Positions 11,580-20,925 of a DNA stretch of 56,262 nt are shown piece after piece. Source of the stretch: Clostridiaceae bacterium. GTDB lineage: Bacteria > Bacillota > Clostridia > Acetivibrionales > DTU013. Within the stretch, counting starts at the first letter, position 1. Each line of letters begins with the position of its first letter. Both the position numbers and the translations under genes were made by a program. Location: contig JAAYBT010000221.1 in NCBI GenBank assembly GCA_012730015.1, positions 1 through 56,262 of the forward strand, given 5' to 3'. The notes under the pieces were generated by a model. That model did not search any database. It worked only from the letters and a program-made list of their open reading frames with translations, and was not told the DNA's origin.

Positions 11580-11722
11580 GACCGCACTGCTATCTTTTGC
11601 AAGTAATGGGGTGCAATTTTAGTACAATACCCTTATTTCAGCTCATTTTATGGCTAACCGTCTATAAAATAAGGCTTTTTTAGGCATGTTTCTTCCCACT
11701 AGTTAAAGTTTTCAACAGTGCG
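11580..11722 (-). repeat. Structured ~145-nt intergenic repeat, copy 1 (family A)
   Basis: Shares GACCRCACTGC...TTTTGCAAGTAATGGGGTG...CCTTATTT..AAATAAGGC...CCCAYTAGTT...CAGYGCG with 26269-26414. It has a closing stem (11583-11589 / 11716-11722), an inner helix (11604-11610 / 11695-11701) and a central AT-rich hairpin (11631-11674). Confidence 0.75.
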
Positions 11723-11745
11723 TTATTCCTATGCCGGTAAGTCTA

Positions 11746-12918
11746 CTAATCCAGCTCTCCAAAATCCAGTCCTATGGGTAGGGGCTCAGGCCGCTGGCAT
11801 GTGGATTCCATATGATACACTCCGCCATTTCCCGCCGCGGTATCAAAGCTCAGCAATGCTTCTGTGACATGATATGCCAGCTCCTCATTTGCACGATGCC
11901 TGCGGCCGTTAACCAGAGCAAAAGCCATATCAAGCACGCCAAGCCCTCTGAAATAGTCCAAGGGCTGCTGGTAAAGCTGAGGCATCTCCTGTAAGCTGCC
12001 AAAGTCAGTAGAATAGGTCTTCGCATTCTCTTCATTGTAGTTTTTACTATTCAGCTGATCCAGCACCTTTTCCTTTCGGAATATCTTAATCTGTCCGGCG
12101 CACATATTAGGATCCGGCACAAACAAGCTTCCTTCTGTTCCGTATATCTCCAGCTTGGGCAAGTTGGACAGCCAGACATCGAAGGTCATATTAATGTTTG
12201 CGTGGACACCGCTGTCAAACTGCAAAATACCGGTGTATGATGTAGGCACCTCCACGTCCATTTCCTTACCCTTAAGCGGGTTGCTGTGTATGGTTCTTTT
12301 CTTGCTGCCGATACTGGCAAAGCATGCCGTTCTCCTAACAGGCCCCAGCAGTGACACCAGCGCCGTAAGATAGTAAGGTCCCATATCAAGCATCGGCCCC
12401 GAGCCCTTTTTGTAGAAAAACTCAGGTGAACTATGCCATGTCTCAGGACCGTGAGAAATCATGTTTGCGGTGGCTGATATCGGCTTGCCAATCCAACCCT
12501 CATCAATAATCCTTCTGCATGTTTGAAGGGCGGCCCCTAAAAAGGTTTCTGGTGCACAGCCAAGCATCAGATTCTTGCTTTTTGCCAGCTCAACCGTACT
12601 GCGCGCATCTTCAACAGATAAGGCAAGTGGCTTTTCACAATACACATGCTTACCTGACAATAATGCCTTCTGGTTAATCTGAGCGTGTGCAGCCGGAATA
12701 GTCAGATTGATAACGATTTCGATGCTTTCATCCTCCAAAAGCTCATCGACAGTGCATGCCCTGGCTATTGAATATTTTTCTGCTACGCCTCTTGCCTTAT
12801 CAGTATATATGTCGGCACAAGCAGCAATCTCAAGCCATGGGAAAAACGCCTTAATGTTAGATAAGTAGGTATGGCTGATTACTCCGCACCCGATGATCCC
12901 GATTTTAACCCTTCTCAT
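11746..12918 (-). CDS. Gfo/Idh/MocA family NAD(P)-dependent oxidoreductase
   Basis: N-terminal Rossmann motif KIGIIGCGVIS and the EKPLA motif. The 390-aa length is typical of the family. Confidence 0.85.
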   Translation of the reverse strand: MRRVKIGIIGCGVISHTYLSNIKAFFPWLEIAACADIYTDKARGVAEKYSIARACTVDELLEDESIEIVINLTIPAAHAQINQKALLSGKHVYCEKPLALSVEDARSTVELAKSKNLMLGCAPETFLGAALQTCRRIIDEGWIGKPISATANMISHGPETWHSSPEFFYKKGSGPMLDMGPYYLTALVSLLGPVRRTACFASIGSKKRTIHSNPLKGKEMDVEVPTSYTGILQFDSGVHANINMTFDVWLSNLPKLEIYGTEGSLFVPDPNMCAGQIKIFRKEKVLDQLNSKNYNEENAKTYSTDFGSLQEMPQLYQQPLDYFRGLGVLDMAFALVNGRRHRANEELAYHVTEALLSFDTAAGNGGVYHMESTCQRPEPLPIGLDFGELD

Positions 12919-13109
12919 ATGCTATACTCAGTCCTTTCAGCGGTTGACATAATCTAGTATTCCGACCTATATTCACACAAAACTACCAGGGTAGTGGCTT
13001 GCGTGTATGCTCCATATATAGCAAATCCTTTGGTATGTTGTCAATATCAAGAGCAATCGCTGTACCCCAATCCTCGGCCTGCACCTGTTACTACAATTGT
13101 TTTGCTCAT
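12919..13109 (-). pseudogene. Remnant of a short-chain dehydrogenase/reductase gene (N-terminal fragment only)
   Basis: An SD GGAG plus ATG (13109) lies right after the GH1 stop and encodes MSKTIVVTGAGRGLGYS, the SDR TGxxxGxG cofactor motif. A stop follows after 20 codons, and no reading frame continues through the remaining ~130 nt. Confidence 0.55.
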
Positions 13110-13120
13110 CTGATCATCTC

Positions 13121-14470
13121 CTAAAATCCATTATTTTTAATAACATCGGACAGCCAGTAGGCACTTTCTTTAGGAATTCTTTGCTGAGTAGCGTAATCTA
13201 CATATACTATACCAAAACGCCTGCTCAGTCCCCAAGCCCATTCGAAATTATCACAAAAACACCATACATAATAGCCTTTTACCGGAACACCTTCATTCAT
13301 TGCCTGATTGATTGCGGTTAAATACTGCCTGAGGTAATCTATTCTGTTCGGATCCTCCACCTTGCCGTCCTGGTTTACCCAATCGTTGGAGGCAGCCCCA
13401 TTCTCAGTAATAATAATTTTCTTAGGATGATAGCTTGCATCGATCCATTTTAGAAGCTCATACATTCCCTCGGGAACAACTTCCCAATCGGCATCCGTTT
13501 TATTTCTGCCCGAAGTTACCTGCTTCATTCCCAAAGGCCAGTTGTCCGGATCTGCTTTGGCGTAAATCGTGTAGTAGGAATTTACACCAAGAAAATCCAG
13601 TTCCTGATTTATCAGCTCCATATCACCCGGAAGAATAGTTGGCAAAACTACTCCCCTTCCCTCCAAATAATCGAAAAATCCCTGAGGATAAATTCCCTTA
13701 AGCACCGGATCAGCAAATAAATTGTTGTATTGCATATTAACCCTTTTCGCAGCTTCAAGATCCTCTGGATTATCAGGATTATGGGGGTAAGCGAGATTGA
13801 GGTTCAGCGTCACCCCAATCTCGCCTTTAAATCCAGTTTTACGGTAAGCCTTGACTGCAGCTCCATGTGACATCAAAATATTGTGCACGGTTGCCAGCGC
13901 CATAGAATAATCATGGTAACCCGGCGCATGATCTCCTACCCAATAACCTTTTATGCAGGAGCAAAAGGGCTCATTGAGAGTAATCCAGTAATCAACAAGG
14001 TCGCCCAGCTCAGCATACAACGTTTTCGCATATGTTTCAAACCAGCCGACAATTTCTCGATTTGCCCATCCACCGCGATCTTGCAGCTTCTGTGGCAAAT
14101 CCCAATGGTATAAAGTGACCGCCGCTTTTATTCCATTATCCTTCAAGCATTTCAGAACATTACGGTAGAACTCTATTCCCTGACGATTCACTTCTCCGGT
14201 ACCTTCCGGGTATATACGCGGCCAGCTGATGGACAAACGATATACCTGTAGCCCAAGCTTTTTCGCAATCGCTATATCTTCTTCGTAGCGATGGAAAAAA
14301 TCACAGGCAACATCTCCATTGGTTTCATCGAGAATATTACCGGGCGTATGGGAAAATCTATCCCAAATGCTCTCTCCTCTGCCTTGCTCCTTATATGCTC
14401 CTTCAATCTGATAGGACGCAGTAGCGGTACCCCATTCAAAGCCTTGGGGGAAAGTAATTTTTTTGCTCAT
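13121..14470 (-). CDS. GH1 beta-glucosidase
   Basis: Has the GH1 acid/base TLNEP and nucleophile ITENG motifs and the N-terminal FPQGFEWGTATASYQIEG. The start is moved to ATG 14470 (MSKKITFP), 9 nt after GGAG. Confidence 0.92.
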   Translation of the reverse strand: MSKKITFPQGFEWGTATASYQIEGAYKEQGRGESIWDRFSHTPGNILDETNGDVACDFFHRYEEDIAIAKKLGLQVYRLSISWPRIYPEGTGEVNRQGIEFYRNVLKCLKDNGIKAAVTLYHWDLPQKLQDRGGWANREIVGWFETYAKTLYAELGDLVDYWITLNEPFCSCIKGYWVGDHAPGYHDYSMALATVHNILMSHGAAVKAYRKTGFKGEIGVTLNLNLAYPHNPDNPEDLEAAKRVNMQYNNLFADPVLKGIYPQGFFDYLEGRGVVLPTILPGDMELINQELDFLGVNSYYTIYAKADPDNWPLGMKQVTSGRNKTDADWEVVPEGMYELLKWIDASYHPKKIIITENGAASNDWVNQDGKVEDPNRIDYLRQYLTAINQAMNEGVPVKGYYVWCFCDNFEWAWGLSRRFGIVYVDYATQQRIPKESAYWLSDVIKNNGF

Positions 14471-14513
14471 TTTCTGTAGCTCCTTTATCATAATTAATTA
14501 GTTAGCTTGTGTC

Positions 14514-16013
14514 TTATATCTTAGTAAGCCTAATCACATTCCATGAAAGCTTGGGAAGTGTCGCCTGCACCTTGCCGTCTTCAATAGCAGCATTACCATT
14601 TGAATGAGGCATTACCTTATTAGGATTGTCTTTAGTGTTTGTGTCCTTTGGGTCAGCCCCTTCAAGGATAATGTGCTCAGCTACATTATAGTTTTCAAAG
14701 CCTCGCATTTCTGTCTCCAGAATCATTGAGTCCTCCAGATTTCGGTTAATGGCAAAAACAGTAATGTTTTCATCCATATCCATAGTCGCAATTGCATCCA
14801 CATATGGAACATCAGTAAACTGCTGAGAATCATATTTCGGCGAGTCAACCTTAGGCTGCAAAGCGGTACCTCTGGCATACTTCGAGAAATGCAGGAATGT
14901 ATAATAGGGGGGTAAAGTCCAGCAGCTTCCTCCATTCTCAGTACGTATGTGCGAAATGCAGTTTACCAGCTCAGATAAGCAGGCGATTTTAATTCTATCA
15001 GTATATTTCAGGATTGTTATAAGTAACCCGCCTAAAACCACCGCATCTTCCAGGGCATAATTTTGCTCCAGCAGGGGAGGTGCAAAGGTCCACGGATTTT
15101 CAAATCTTTCCTTCGAGTGCTTATTCCATGTATTATATTCATCAAAGGAAATCATCATCGTCTTATCACTTCTGTGCTTTGCTTTTATATAATCACAGGT
15201 AGCAATGACGGATTTAAAAAACGCATCTGTCGTAAGTGATTTAGCTAAATAATTGCTTGTATCATTTTCAGGATTTGACAGGTAGCTATGAACCGATAAA
15301 TAATCAACAAACTCATATGCCTGGTCAAGTGATTCCGCATCAAAAACCGGGAAGGTATCCTGTGAGGGCGCTGAACTGCCTGCCAGAACTGTTTTTATGG
15401 AATTGTCCAGCAGCTTCATAGCCTTAGAGGTTTCTCTTGCCAGTCTGCCGTTCTCATAGCCGGTTTTTTGTCCTATCTGCCATATGCCATCAGTCTCATT
15501 TGAAAGGCACCAGTATTTAAAGCCATGGGGTTCTTTGTAACCATGAGAAATCCTCATGTCGCTGTAATGGGTGCCTCCCTTAAAATTGCAGTATTCCAGG
15601 AGGTCAAGCGCCTGCTCTATGCCGCGCGTACCCAGGTTTACCGTCATCAATATGTCAGAGCCGTTTAGCTTTGACCACTCCACCATCTCATTTAGGCCAA
15701 AGGTGTTCGGTTCGATTGACTGCCAGGCAAGCTCCGGACGCCTTGGACGCAGCTCCTTCGGTCCCACGCCATCCTCCCACCTGTAATCAGCAATAAAGTT
15801 GCCGCCCGGGAATCGGTTAGCAGTTACATTAAGCGCTTTTGTCAACTCAAGCACATCAAGCCTGAATCCTTTTTCGTCTGCTTTAGGATGGCCTGGTTCA
15901 TATATTCCTCCATAAATGCATCGTCCTAATGGTTCTACAAAAGAGCTAAATACCTTATCATCAATTTGTGAAATAGCAAATTCTTTGTCAATAGTAAGTC
16001 TCGCCTTTTTCAT
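14514..16013 (-). CDS. GH51 alpha-L-arabinofuranosidase
   Basis: 499 aa. From memory it is colinear with AbfA-type GH51 enzymes (IYGGIYEPGHP, RFPGGNF, WEDGVGP). The acid/base region is SNETDG and the nucleophile region FDEYNTW. Confidence 0.88.
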   Translation of the reverse strand: MKKARLTIDKEFAISQIDDKVFSSFVEPLGRCIYGGIYEPGHPKADEKGFRLDVLELTKALNVTANRFPGGNFIADYRWEDGVGPKELRPRRPELAWQSIEPNTFGLNEMVEWSKLNGSDILMTVNLGTRGIEQALDLLEYCNFKGGTHYSDMRISHGYKEPHGFKYWCLSNETDGIWQIGQKTGYENGRLARETSKAMKLLDNSIKTVLAGSSAPSQDTFPVFDAESLDQAYEFVDYLSVHSYLSNPENDTSNYLAKSLTTDAFFKSVIATCDYIKAKHRSDKTMMISFDEYNTWNKHSKERFENPWTFAPPLLEQNYALEDAVVLGGLLITILKYTDRIKIACLSELVNCISHIRTENGGSCWTLPPYYTFLHFSKYARGTALQPKVDSPKYDSQQFTDVPYVDAIATMDMDENITVFAINRNLEDSMILETEMRGFENYNVAEHIILEGADPKDTNTKDNPNKVMPHSNGNAAIEDGKVQATLPKLSWNVIRLTKI

Positions 16014-16077
16014 ATCGTTTGTTAGCCTCTTTCTTTATTACTTATTAAATATCTGCTAATCTATCTGTCATCCTGCC

Positions 16078-16917
16078 TTATCCCTTAACCGCGCCTTCAC
16101 TTAAGCCTTTAACAATATACTTTTGTGCGAATGAGAAAAACACCAAAGCAGGAATACTCATAAGCACAGAAGCCGCCATCAAGGGACCCCATTGTATTCC
16201 AAAGTCATCAATGTAAAATGCCAGTGCAACCGATAAGGGCCTCGTAGAAGAGTCTTTAGCAAGAGTAAGTGGGAAAAGGAATTCATTCCATGCAAGGATG
16301 AATGAAAACATTCCCACAGATGCCAGCGCCGGAGCTATCTGCGGCACTATAATCTTGAAAATTATTGCGAAGGGTCCGCAGCCATCAACAACAGCGGCTT
16401 CCTCAATTTCATAAGGGAGAGCATCTATATATCCCTTCATCAGCCATACTGCTATGGGCATGCCAATAATAAGATACACAAGAATCAAACCCTCATGAGT
16501 GTTTACCAGGTTAAGCCTTGATAGGGTTACATAAAAGGGCACCAGCAATGAAACACGGGGCAATAATCTTATGAAGAGTACCGAAAAGAGCAGCGGCGTC
16601 CTTCCTGGGAATTTGTAACGTGAAAATCCATATGCGGCAAATAGTGCAATGAACAAAGATATAAAAGTGGAAGACAAGGCCACTACTACGGTATTCTTGA
16701 AGTAATTAAGCATGAGCGGATTTTCAATAACCTGTCTGTAGTTATCAAGTGTCACCGGATTGGGAATAAGTGACGGTACCCTTGCATACACTGAAAACTC
16801 ATCCTTCAATGAAGTGATTATAGTCCACAAAAAGGGGGCAATCGCAAATGTGAAGATTACTACAGATAGTGTATAGACAAAAATACGAAACACAATTTTC
16901 CTAGCATTTAGATGCAT
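16078..16917 (-). CDS. Carbohydrate ABC transporter permease (CUT1, MalG-like)
   Basis: 6 TM segments and the EAA loop EEAAVVDGCGPFAIIFKIIVP. It is translationally coupled to the upstream permease. Confidence 0.9.
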   Translation of the reverse strand: MHLNARKIVFRIFVYTLSVVIFTFAIAPFLWTIITSLKDEFSVYARVPSLIPNPVTLDNYRQVIENPLMLNYFKNTVVVALSSTFISLFIALFAAYGFSRYKFPGRTPLLFSVLFIRLLPRVSLLVPFYVTLSRLNLVNTHEGLILVYLIIGMPIAVWLMKGYIDALPYEIEEAAVVDGCGPFAIIFKIIVPQIAPALASVGMFSFILAWNEFLFPLTLAKDSSTRPLSVALAFYIDDFGIQWGPLMAASVLMSIPALVFFSFAQKYIVKGLSEGAVKG

Positions 16918-17816
16918 TAGTAGGCTCCCCCTTTCATCCTTTTCTTGCTGCCCAAAAGGGCATAAATAGCTATGAGTATTACAGCAGCAATAATTAAAAT
17001 TAAACTCGCGGCTGAGGATCCAGCAAAATTAAGATTTGAAAATGCTGTTCTGTAAATGAATAATCCGAATATTTCCGATGCAATACCAGGCCCGCCGCCG
17101 GTCATGGTAAAGATAATATCAAAGCTGTTAAACCCGCTTATGACCTCCATAATGGTAAGTATTAATATAATGTTTTTCAAGGAAGGCAGGGTAATATGTC
17201 TAAATAGCCTTAAGGATCCTGCACCATCTATTCTTGCCGCCTCATAATAGTCCTTTGGAATGCCCTGCATTGCTGCTAACAGCATAAGCATGATAAAGGG
17301 GAACCCTGCCCAGGAATAGGCAATAATTACGGATGGTAATGCCAGTTGGGTGGATCCAAGCCAGTTCTGCCCAAGGCTTGGGTTGATATATCTTATAAGT
17401 GTATTCAAAAGTCCGTTATCAGCATTGAATATCCAGCGCCATGTGTTAGCCGCAACAATTGAAGGGACCATCCATGGCAGTAAGGTCAATGTACGAAATG
17501 AGTTCATCCAGCGAAGCCCCGTCTCAGCTACAAGAGCCCCAATAAATCCTACTATAAAACGCAGCAGCAGGGATACACCAGTCCAAATAAATGTATTAAT
17601 TATTATTTGAATAAAATCACTGTTAGAAAATATTTGCTTAAAATTTTGCAAACCAACAAAAGTTGCATCAAACTTAGGTAGTTTTAACCTGGAAAAGCTG
17701 AACTGCACTACCTGTAAAGTAGGGTAAACCATCATCAGCAGCAGTAGAATAACACATGGCAGTACAAACACAAATGCCGTTAATGTACGCCTTCTTCCTT
17801 TATTTAGAATTCGCAA
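16917..17816 (-). CDS. Carbohydrate ABC transporter permease (CUT1, MalF-like)
   Basis: 6 TM segments and the EAA loop YEAARIDGAGSLRLFRHITLP. The GTG at 17825 lies inside the SD GGAGGTG, so TTG 17816 (6 nt downstream) is preferred. Confidence 0.88.
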   Translation of the reverse strand: MRILNKGRRRTLTAFVFVLPCVILLLLMMVYPTLQVVQFSFSRLKLPKFDATFVGLQNFKQIFSNSDFIQIIINTFIWTGVSLLLRFIVGFIGALVAETGLRWMNSFRTLTLLPWMVPSIVAANTWRWIFNADNGLLNTLIRYINPSLGQNWLGSTQLALPSVIIAYSWAGFPFIMLMLLAAMQGIPKDYYEAARIDGAGSLRLFRHITLPSLKNIILILTIMEVISGFNSFDIIFTMTGGGPGIASEIFGLFIYRTAFSNLNFAGSSAASLILIIAAVILIAIYALLGSKKRMKGGAY

Positions 17817-17990
17817 ACGCTTCACCTCCGGGATATCTTCTTAGTATTTTACTCAGGCTTTTGCGATTAACCTTTAATGCTATTTAGTACAATATATAGT
17901 CACTTACTTTCTGACATACCCGCAAATTGAGCTTTGCAACTCAAAATATACTACATCGCAAAATGACCTTGCTAGTAAAATGAAACGAAG

Positions 17991-18012
17991 GGATGGCACC
18001 GAAGTACCATCC
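17991..18012 (-). other. Stable cUUCGg-type stem-loop between the SBP and permease genes (intra-operon attenuator or mRNA stabiliser)
   Basis: The minus strand reads GGATGGTAC-TTCG-GTGCCATCC followed by CTTCGTTTCATTTT, 25 nt after the SBP stop codon. Confidence 0.55.
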
Positions 18013-18036
18013 AATCGCTTAGATACAGCAATCTAA

Positions 18037-19371
18037 CTAGCCGCCGATTATTGCGTTAATCTTTTCATGCATTCTTTGTGCTGCTTCTTCAGGAGTTCCA
18101 TTTCCCTGGAGAGCCTCCTGCAGCTCCATAACAATTACGTTCTGTATCTCTGTCCACTTCGGATGGAAAGGAAGAACCTTTGTGTGGCTCTCAGCCTTGT
18201 AATAAATGTCGAAGGTAGGATTGGACCAGTATTCAGATTCTTTCTGTGCTTTAATTACACCAGGCATTACAACCTTCTGTTCACCTATAACTTCAGGTTT
18301 AACAAAGAAGTCCATAAATATCTCAGCACCTTCAACATTCTTTGCGGTTACAGGAATTGTGAATGACCATCCTCCACCTCTTGAATAAGTGCCCTGCTGA
18401 ACGCACATACCTACTTCATATCCGCCCTCTTTTGCATAATCCTGAGCCTTAAATACGTTACTGTCATTCATCTGCACCATTGCAATCTGCTGATTGAAGA
18501 ACATAGGTACCAGGTCCTTGGTTGTGGCATAGTTGACACAGCCTTCCGGAACAACCTTATGCTTTGTATAGAGCTCTACCCAGTACTTAACGCCTGCTAT
18601 TGATTCGGGAGTGTTGAAAGCTGACTGTGAAAGGTCCTTTGTGAGGAAATCTCCGCCGCTGCCCCATATTGCAGGGCAAAATGAACTCAAAACATTAGCC
18701 GGGTCACTCTTTGAACCAGCGATTCCGTATGCAAACTGTGAACCATCTGGCTTCGTCAGCTTTTTGCATATTTCAAGGAACTCATCCAAGGGCATATTAT
18801 CATAAGGATAATCTACACCTGCCGCATCAAACATAGTCTTGTTATACATCAATACACTTGGAGCTGTACGGAAAGGTATAGCGTAATTTACACCATTTGA
18901 TACGCCTGCATTATAAATCCCAGGAGCGAACATATCAGCTGTCATATTATATCGTTGCATCATGTCGTCAAGCGGTAACAGTAAATCTTTTCCTACAGGT
19001 GTCGGTATCATAATAGCATCCAGTGCAAGCGCATCCGGAGGGCTACCGCCAAGTATTGCAGTAACAGCATTTTCAACATAGTTGTTGATTGGTATTGGCT
19101 CGATTCTTACTTCATAGCCCGGATATGCCGCAGCAAATTTCTCCTGTATTACAGGAATCTCATCTGCCCACCAGCTTCCCAACCAGGCATTGACAATCTT
19201 GTTTTCACCGGAAGGTTCTGCCGGAGCTGTGGTTTGTGCAGGTGCAGTAGTTTGAGCTGTAGTTTCTGCTGGGGCCGGTGTTTCTTGCTTCCCACATGCG
19301 CTAAAAGCCATGGTGAACATTACCAGTAGTGCGATAATAGCTGCTACATTTTTGTATGCTTTTCTAGTCAT
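18037..19371 (-). CDS. ABC transporter extracellular sugar-binding lipoprotein (family 1 SBP)
   Basis: Signal peptide with lipobox MAFSAC|G and a Thr/Ala/Pro-rich linker. The 444-aa size and the position upstream of two CUT1 permeases fit this call. Confidence 0.88.
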   Translation of the reverse strand: MTRKAYKNVAAIIALLVMFTMAFSACGKQETPAPAETTAQTTAPAQTTAPAEPSGENKIVNAWLGSWWADEIPVIQEKFAAAYPGYEVRIEPIPINNYVENAVTAILGGSPPDALALDAIMIPTPVGKDLLLPLDDMMQRYNMTADMFAPGIYNAGVSNGVNYAIPFRTAPSVLMYNKTMFDAAGVDYPYDNMPLDEFLEICKKLTKPDGSQFAYGIAGSKSDPANVLSSFCPAIWGSGGDFLTKDLSQSAFNTPESIAGVKYWVELYTKHKVVPEGCVNYATTKDLVPMFFNQQIAMVQMNDSNVFKAQDYAKEGGYEVGMCVQQGTYSRGGGWSFTIPVTAKNVEGAEIFMDFFVKPEVIGEQKVVMPGVIKAQKESEYWSNPTFDIYYKAESHTKVLPFHPKWTEIQNVIVMELQEALQGNGTPEEAAQRMHEKINAIIGG

Positions 19372-19493
19372 AGTTTTGCCTCCATTTTAATTTGTTTTTG
19401 GTACATACAGTTCTGCCAAGTAGTACAATGGCTTCATCCTCCTTCATACCTCCCCCTACTATCTTCCTGCTTCACCCCTTTCCCAGTTTACTT

Positions 19494-19955
19494 TCACTTA
19501 TCTATTTCCTTGAACTCAAGGGTTACTCCAAGAAGAGCAGCTGTATCAAAATATGCATATCTCTCCTTGCCCTTCTCTTCCTTCAAAAATGCCGGCATTC
19601 CCTTCTCTTCCATAAAATCTAAATGTCTTTCAAATCCATCAATGTTAAATGCCATGAATTGAACACCGGAGCCATGCTTCCTCTTGAAATCCGCCCATGG
19701 GCTGTCGTCATCTATGGGCTCAACCAGCTCAATGTAAATGGGCTCAAGCTTTACCACTGCAGTCTTTATCCTGAAATTGCGATACTCTCCCTTATACCAT
19801 TTATAGGCTTTTTGATCCGGCACCTTATTTGGATCCGGAACACGAATAAAAGGCTTCTCGATACTAAACAGGTCTGCATAGTATTCTGCTGCTTTTTCAA
19901 TATTATCCACTACAATTCCAATTTTTATTATGTGATTTGTTGAAATCTTCTCCAT
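19494..19955 (-). CDS. VOC (glyoxalase/bleomycin-resistance/dioxygenase fold) family protein, paralogue 1
   Basis: 153 aa with IGIVVDNIEKAAEYY...IELVEP...GSGVQFMAF, a pattern like methylmalonyl-CoA-epimerase-type VOC proteins. Confidence 0.75.
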   Translation of the reverse strand: MEKISTNHIIKIGIVVDNIEKAAEYYADLFSIEKPFIRVPDPNKVPDQKAYKWYKGEYRNFRIKTAVVKLEPIYIELVEPIDDDSPWADFKRKHGSGVQFMAFNIDGFERHLDFMEEKGMPAFLKEEKGKERYAYFDTAALLGVTLEFKEIDK

Positions 19956-19993
19956 CGCCTTTTCCTCTTCTCAATAATGCTTTCCCCTGATAA

Positions 19994-20407
19994 TCATTTA
20001 AGCGACTTGAGCTGCGGTGAATCCGGGCTCATCTGCATAAGTTCTATCCTATTCCCATCAGGATCTCTGACCCAGCACTGCCAATTGAGATCAACGCCCT
20101 GCTTAGGCTCCTTATCTAGCTTGACGCCCTTACTCTTTATTTGGTCTGCGATCTTATTTATATCATCAACCTCGAGACATAAATGAGAATAACCTATCAG
20201 CTCTTCCTTCCAAGGATTCTCAATGCTTCCATCGTAGAACAACTCAATAAACTGGCTGTCGCCCACCTTCAGATACACTATCCAGGGCCTTCCGTCAGGC
20301 CGGTCTAAATCGAAAACCTTCTCAAAACCTAAAACATTGCAATAGAAATTTAAAGCCTCGTCCATGTTCTTTACAGTGTACGCTACATGTGAAATACCTT
20401 TAATCAT
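19994..20407 (-). CDS. VOC family protein, glyoxalase I-like
   Basis: 137 aa with ISHVAYTVKNMDEALNFY...FELFY...YSHLCLEVDD...DPDGNRIEL, the classic paired beta-alpha-beta-beta-beta metal-site pattern. Confidence 0.78.
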   Translation of the reverse strand: MIKGISHVAYTVKNMDEALNFYCNVLGFEKVFDLDRPDGRPWIVYLKVGDSQFIELFYDGSIENPWKEELIGYSHLCLEVDDINKIADQIKSKGVKLDKEPKQGVDLNWQCWVRDPDGNRIELMQMSPDSPQLKSLK

Positions 20408-20466
20408 TGCTACTCCTCCTTATATAAATATTATTAAATAGGAACCTGTTCACGAGCTTCTTGTCT

Positions 20467-20904
20467 CTACCAAAGAAGCTCAATAATTGTTTTAAGTTCT
20501 TCTGTCGCATCTACATAGGCATAGTTATTCGCTCTTTGAATCAAAGGCATATTGTTCTTCTCCAGGCGCGCTATGACCTCATCTGTGTTTTCAACAACAA
20601 ACGCTATATGATGGAACCCTTCTCCATTTTCCTCAAGTACATCTCTCCATACGCTTTTCTCAGCATCAGGTTCAATCAGCTCAATCGCCAGATTAGGTGT
20701 AAGATGGAAAAATGCAAGCTTTGCCCGTGTAGTAGAAGGCTTTCCTTTATATACCGTCTTGACCTGGTCATATTCCTTGGTTATTTTTATTTCCGGCTTG
20801 TCCATGCCAAGAAAATCTGCGTATGCCTGGCTTGTTTTCTCAATATCATTAACAACAAAAGCCACCTGTGTAACAATGTTTGTACCTAATATTTTTTTAT
20901 CCAT
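20467..20904 (-). CDS. VOC family protein, paralogue 2
   Basis: 145 aa. It shares VVNDIEKT..Y..F.G..KP.I...Y.GKP...K....IELIEPD.E.SVW...L..NGEG with the 20926 and 19494 products. Confidence 0.75.
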   Translation of the reverse strand: MDKKILGTNIVTQVAFVVNDIEKTSQAYADFLGMDKPEIKITKEYDQVKTVYKGKPSTTRAKLAFFHLTPNLAIELIEPDAEKSVWRDVLEENGEGFHHIAFVVENTDEVIARLEKNNMPLIQRANNYAYVDATEELKTIIELLW

Positions 20905-20925
20905 ACCTTATATCTCCCTCTGTCT

